This document shows positions 59,477 to 64,000 of a DNA stretch of 64,000 nucleotides, piece by piece; position 1 is the first letter of the stretch, and every line of letters begins with the position of its first letter. The notes under the pieces are model-generated. The model was not told the DNA's origin and ran no database searches. It was given only the letters and a program-made list of their open reading frames with translations. The stretch covers positions 618,807 through 682,806 of the forward strand of contig NW_005434655.1 in NCBI RefSeq assembly GCF_000315625.1, given 5' to 3'. Source of the stretch: Guillardia theta CCMP2712 (taxonomy: Eukaryota > Protista > Cryptophyta). A program made the position numbers and the translations under genes.

Positions 59477-61075
59477 ATGATGGCAGGGATGCGCGGTGTC
59501 GAGCGAAGGAAATGCTTGTTGGCCTCGGTAAGAGGCGACCTCTGTTGCAATGACAAATCATGACAATTCTTGCAGATGCTGGTTCTTTGCCTTCGATCTT
59601 GTGAGAGTTTTCATGTTTGCAATCCCATTTCTGCCCATAGAAGTCTTTCTGCGTCCAGAAGCATGTGCTCCAGGAGACTCGGGGTCAAATCGAGCGCCGT
59701 CATCCCTGCAGACGAGCCCCTCGAGAGGAATTTGGTGGACAGACTGAAGGACAAGCTGAAAGACAAGCTTTACCAGAGGAACTCCAGGAGAACCGATGTC
59801 GAGAAGAGGCAAGTGTGGACGGTAGATGAGATGGATGAGCTGCTAGATGCTGGGAGACTCTCGTTCGAGGAGATGAAGATCGTGGGAGATGTTGCACTGG
59901 ACAAGAAGGCCACTATTCATCCAGTCCTCCAAGTGCTCATGCAGCGCCGAAGAGAGTCTTCCAAGCCCGGGCAGAGGAGCGATGGCTTCAAGGTTGCTCT
60001 AGCCATTGAAGGAGGAGGCATGCGCGGGTGCGTGGCGGCGGGCATGGCTGCGGCAGTGAAGGACGCTGGATTCCATGATTGCTTCGACGCGGTCTACGGG
60101 TCGTCGGCGGGGTCGCTCATCGGAGCCTACTGGATCGCGAATCAGTTCGGGATGCCGCAGTACGGCTGCTCCTTGTACTACGACCTGCTGACCGACGAGC
60201 GGGCTAAGGAGAACTTCATCGACCGCTCGCAGATCCTCCCGCTCATCGGGCTCAGGTGGCTGCGATGGTTGATGCCGAGGTCGATCAAGGAGACGCTCGG
60301 GATGAGGGCGCGGCGTCCGCTGCTCAACCTGCCGTACCTGCTGCAGACCTGCGTGGAGGAGCTGCGTCCTCTTGACTGGGAGGCGTTCAGCAGGAACGAG
60401 GCCTTGGTGCCTCTCAAGATCGTCGCGAGTGACGTCAGCAAGCAGCGGGCGGTGGTCTTCGACCGGGAGCATGGTCACTGGACCTCCCTGCGGGAGATGA
60501 CAAGGTGCATGACAGCTAGCATGAATCTTCCTGCCATCGCCGAGCCGCTTGTCACCCTCCCTGGGCTCGACTCGCTCCTCGCCGATGCACAGCTGTACGA
60601 GCCCATCCCGTTCAAGTCGGCGGTGGAGGATGGGTTCACGCACGTGCTGGTGCTGCGGACGAGGCCAGACCAGCAGGATGTGGTTCCGAAGAAGTCGAAG
60701 ATGGAGGAGAAGATGATGGATCATTTCTTCCTCCGCAGGTATCAGCTCCCCCACATCTACGACTACCTCGTCAACCAGGAGCACAAGAAGACGTACGCTA
60801 GGGACATCCTTGCGCTCAACCACGCGGCCCACCACCCCCCAGAGGACACCCCCCAGCTCCTCGCCATCGCTCTCGGCTCGAACAGCTCCGAGATCGGAAG
60901 GTTGGAGTGCAGAAGGGAAGCAATCTTCCAGGGGGTCTGCGACGGATACCGCTCGGCATGGCAGGCGCTGCATCCTCCAGCTGCTGGAGTTGACCATCGC
61001 AATCCGGACGAGGCAGTGGCAGCAGCGTTTCCTCATACGATCGTAGAGGAGACTCCTCAGCTCACTCAGAGGTGA
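59477..61075 (+). CDS. Patatin-like phospholipase with probable bipartite plastid-targeting presequence (2 exons; intron 59528-59575)
   Basis: Oxyanion loop LAIEGGGMRG, nucleophile FDAVYGSSAG, ASMNLP and catalytic Asp in LLADAQL. The spliced N-terminus ..KCLLASMLVLCLRSCES|FHVCNPISAHRSLSASRSMCSRR has Phe at +1 followed by an S/R-rich transit-like segment. Confidence 0.88.
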
Positions 61076-61516
61076 CTATCCTCCACCCCTGCTCCCGTCC
61101 GCGTCCGCCCCCCCCCTGGTCTCAACGTCGTCTTCATCCTCATCCTTTTCCTCTCCCTTTCCCTCTTTCTTCCACTTGCGTTCTGCTGTTCGCCCTGCTC
61201 TTTCCTCTCCGCTCCCTCTTTCCTCTCCGCTCCCTGCCTTGCGCCATTCATCCCTTCACTCGTCCCTTCACTGATCAATTTTTCCCAGCTCCTGGATTGA
61301 ATCCTTCAAGAGGCGAGCAAATCAGCGCAAGGAAACATAAGGAAACGAAACATGCAGGAATCTGTGTACTCGTTGTGACTATAACTTCTCCTATTGTAAC
61401 TTTTCCTTCTCATCCGCCTGCCTTTTCAGCCATTCTCACCAGCTCCCCCCGGCTCCCCCCGGCTCCCTCCCCTGTCCTTCCCCTCGGATCCCTCCCCATT
61501 TGATCTCCGAGAGCGT

Positions 61517-62171
61517 TCATCCGATGTAAGAGCAGGGAGGGAGATGAAATCCTTTATCCTCATCCTCTGCGACTCCGACGAGTTGCTGGAGCCAGCAAAT
61601 CAGCACGTTGCTGGAAGGAAGAAATAACAGAGGCATGAAGGGAGAAGGGGAGGAGACGAGGGGAGAGGGATTGGGGATGGAGATCATCAAGTGGGAGGGA
61701 AGGAAGTGGGAGGACACGAGGAGACAAGTCGGGAGGAGGGGCAGCGGAGGAGGGCGATGACCTTGTGCAAGTTGAAGAGGATGTCTTCGTTGTTTCTGCC
61801 AACGAACCACAAGATTTCCTGTGCGGCGGAAACCATGTAATGCTGCGTAATCATGATAAGACTCCTCCTCCTCCTCCTCCTCCTCCTCCTCCTCACCCCC
61901 CCCGACACCTCCTCGTCTTCCTCCTAGACCTGCTCCTCCTCGTCCACCACCACCATCATACTGTTCACTTTCTCTTCGTCCTCCTCTCACCAGAAGTGAA
62001 GAAGGAACGGCATCCTTGAGCTCGTCGAGCAGTTGTGAGAGAGGAGGAGATAAGTAAGGAGGAGAGACAGGCGAGTTGAAGCGAAGGCTGAGAGCAACAG
62101 CGCTGAGAAACAACATCCTTTGACGACTCCTGTAGATAAACATGAGATTCTCTTGAATTACTGAATTGCCG

Positions 62172-62262
<91 letters not shown>

Positions 62263-62708
62263 CCTCGATCAAGATGCACTTTCGATTCCTGAGCGAACTC
62301 CCTTCCATCTCTACATGCGTTTCCTCCCACTTTCCTTCTTTCTGCAGAGCACGAAAGCACCTGCCTCATTTCCTCTCCTCTCCTCTTAACCATCGTATGC
62401 TTTCTCTGCTCTCGCTGCCTCCCTTTCTTCTCCTCACCCCCTTGCGATTTGCTGCCATCCAGGATGCTCTGCAACCCGGTCGATGAATGATCGTCCTGCG
62501 TTGATGTCACCAGGGGAAACAACAGGGAGAAGATAGTGTGCGCCAAAGACAAAGACAAACCAACAGATCATTGCCTCCGTCATCACCGTCGTCGTCATCA
62601 TCATCATTATCATCTCCATCATCGTCATCGTCATCGTCATCATCATCATCATCATCATCATCATCGTCATCGTCATCGTCATCATCATCGTCATCGTCAT
62701 CGTCATCG

Positions 62709-62758
<50 letters not shown>

Positions 62759-64000
62759 TCTGTCATGATCATCTCATCATCACCTGCCGCTGAGCCCAGA
62801 ATAGACCCCAGCGAGCAACACGTCAGGTCCAGAGCCTTCACGTCCTCCTGCCCCTCCTGTCACCAACAACACCCCCGCGCATGATCTGACCTGCTGGAGG
62901 AGGAGGAAGAAAACTCGTAAGACTTCTTGCAGAGTCCGAAGCCCCTCCTCCATCCTGTCCTGCCGATCGGACGGCAAGCAGTGGACACGAGAAGCAGCCA
63001 AGTTCCTCAAGATGCGGACTGACTTCTTGGTTGCACCCGAGTCGCCCGTGCTTGTCACTAGCTGGATCAATCGGCTGACTGTATCATCTATACTGTCACT
63101 GTATATGAGAACACTGTGTAGGTTCTCGGTGACCTGCCGTTTCGTGAGCTGTCAGCACGTTGGGTCCTCAAGGTGAAAGGAGAGAGTGTTCAAGGAGATG
63201 AGATACCAGTAGGTAGAGGAAGGGATGTATCAGGATATGAGGAGGCTAGGATGCATTATGAATCTTTCAACACTCACCGTCGTCATCAGCCTGTCTTGGT
63301 CCTCCTCAGGTCGATTGTCTTTGCATGACATCAGCATTTTCAGCACGAGGTCCCCGACCGTCCGTTGACGTCTCTTGCTCAACGACGGAAGCTTCATCAT
63401 CTCCGAGGCAAAGATCGTGATTGCCTCAGCACTGCTCGCATCACAAGCTCTTGTTATGTTTGCAAAGTCTTCCATCAGTCTGTCACACTCCGAGCTGATC
63501 TCCAGACACCCAGCAACAAGTCTGGCTGACTCCCTCCTGACCATCCACCATTGCGATCCAAGGAAGTGAACGCCACCGATCTGGCGTGCAAGCTCCTCGA
63601 TGAATGCTTTCTCCTCCTCGTTGAAGCTTGTCCTCGATTCGACCAACGTTACGGCCATCTTCAACAATCGCATCGACGACATGTAACTTTCCTTCTTTGA
63701 GCTCGTCAATACTTTGAGCTGTGAGTGCAGGAACTCCAACATCTTGCTCGTGATCTTGGAAATCCTCATCTCCATAACTTCCCGGGCAGCAAGAGCTAAA
63801 AGAACAACCCCGTCCAGCTCTTGTGATAAGAAAGCAATCTCGAACAACTTTTGTGAAAGAGCCACAAGATGACCGTCCTGAGCCTGGAAAGACAAGAATG
63901 AGCGTTGATCGAGATGGCGGGCAAATGACAATTAGTGGTCTCAAAACGACGAGTGTGATAGAACGTCTCAACGTCGGGCAACGTGAACAGTTTCTAAGGG
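61517..64000 (-). CDS. Hypothetical multi-exon alpha-helical (ARM/HEAT-like) protein; 5' part lies beyond the window end
   Basis: Leu-rich amphipathic ORFs 63230..63931 and 62780..63070 (e.g. KSVRILRNLAAS, WMVRRESARLVAGCL) plus small downstream exons separated by microsatellite introns. Confidence 0.55.

Noticed and set aside
63991-64000. Telomere-like end (TTTCTAAGGG)
   Set aside because: It is a single imperfect word at an arbitrary window edge, inside a gene.

Overview
A eukaryotic nuclear scaffold, gene-dense with about 21 protein-coding loci. It has many short (~45-60 nt) GT-AG introns with CTGAC-like branch points, longer introns filled with microsatellites ((GAG)n, (GAT)n, (GTT)n, (CTCTCC)n) and four N gaps. 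This style, plus bipartite signal+transit presequences, suggests a cryptophyte alga such as Guillardia theta (inference). Recognisable genes: PDZ/coiled-coil protein, Cid1/GLD-2-like nucleotidyltransferase, KDM5-type JmjC demethylase with a FYR module, divergent kinesin, APP1-like phosphatidate phosphatase, strumpellin (WASHC5), ZUP1/Mug105-like C78 peptidase homologue lacking its catalytic triad, CNBD-containing K+ channel, ACTMAP-like protease, DNAL4, GT8 glycosyltransferase, chimeric methionyl-tRNA synthetase, intronless 14-repeat WD40 protein and patatin lipase. Genes mostly alternate in strand. The head-to-head spacers share a recurring non-coding architecture: a conserved ~40-bp element (TGATTGTnCTCGTACTGATCTTTAACTTAACTTTGAGTAAA, 4 copies plus inverted half-sites), GGCCCGG-rich quasi-palindromic blocks with TGACTCA motifs, and strand-skewed ACCCC/GGGGT tracts. 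Exon boundaries were read by eye and are approximate. No rRNA, tRNA, CRISPR array or intact transposase was recognised.
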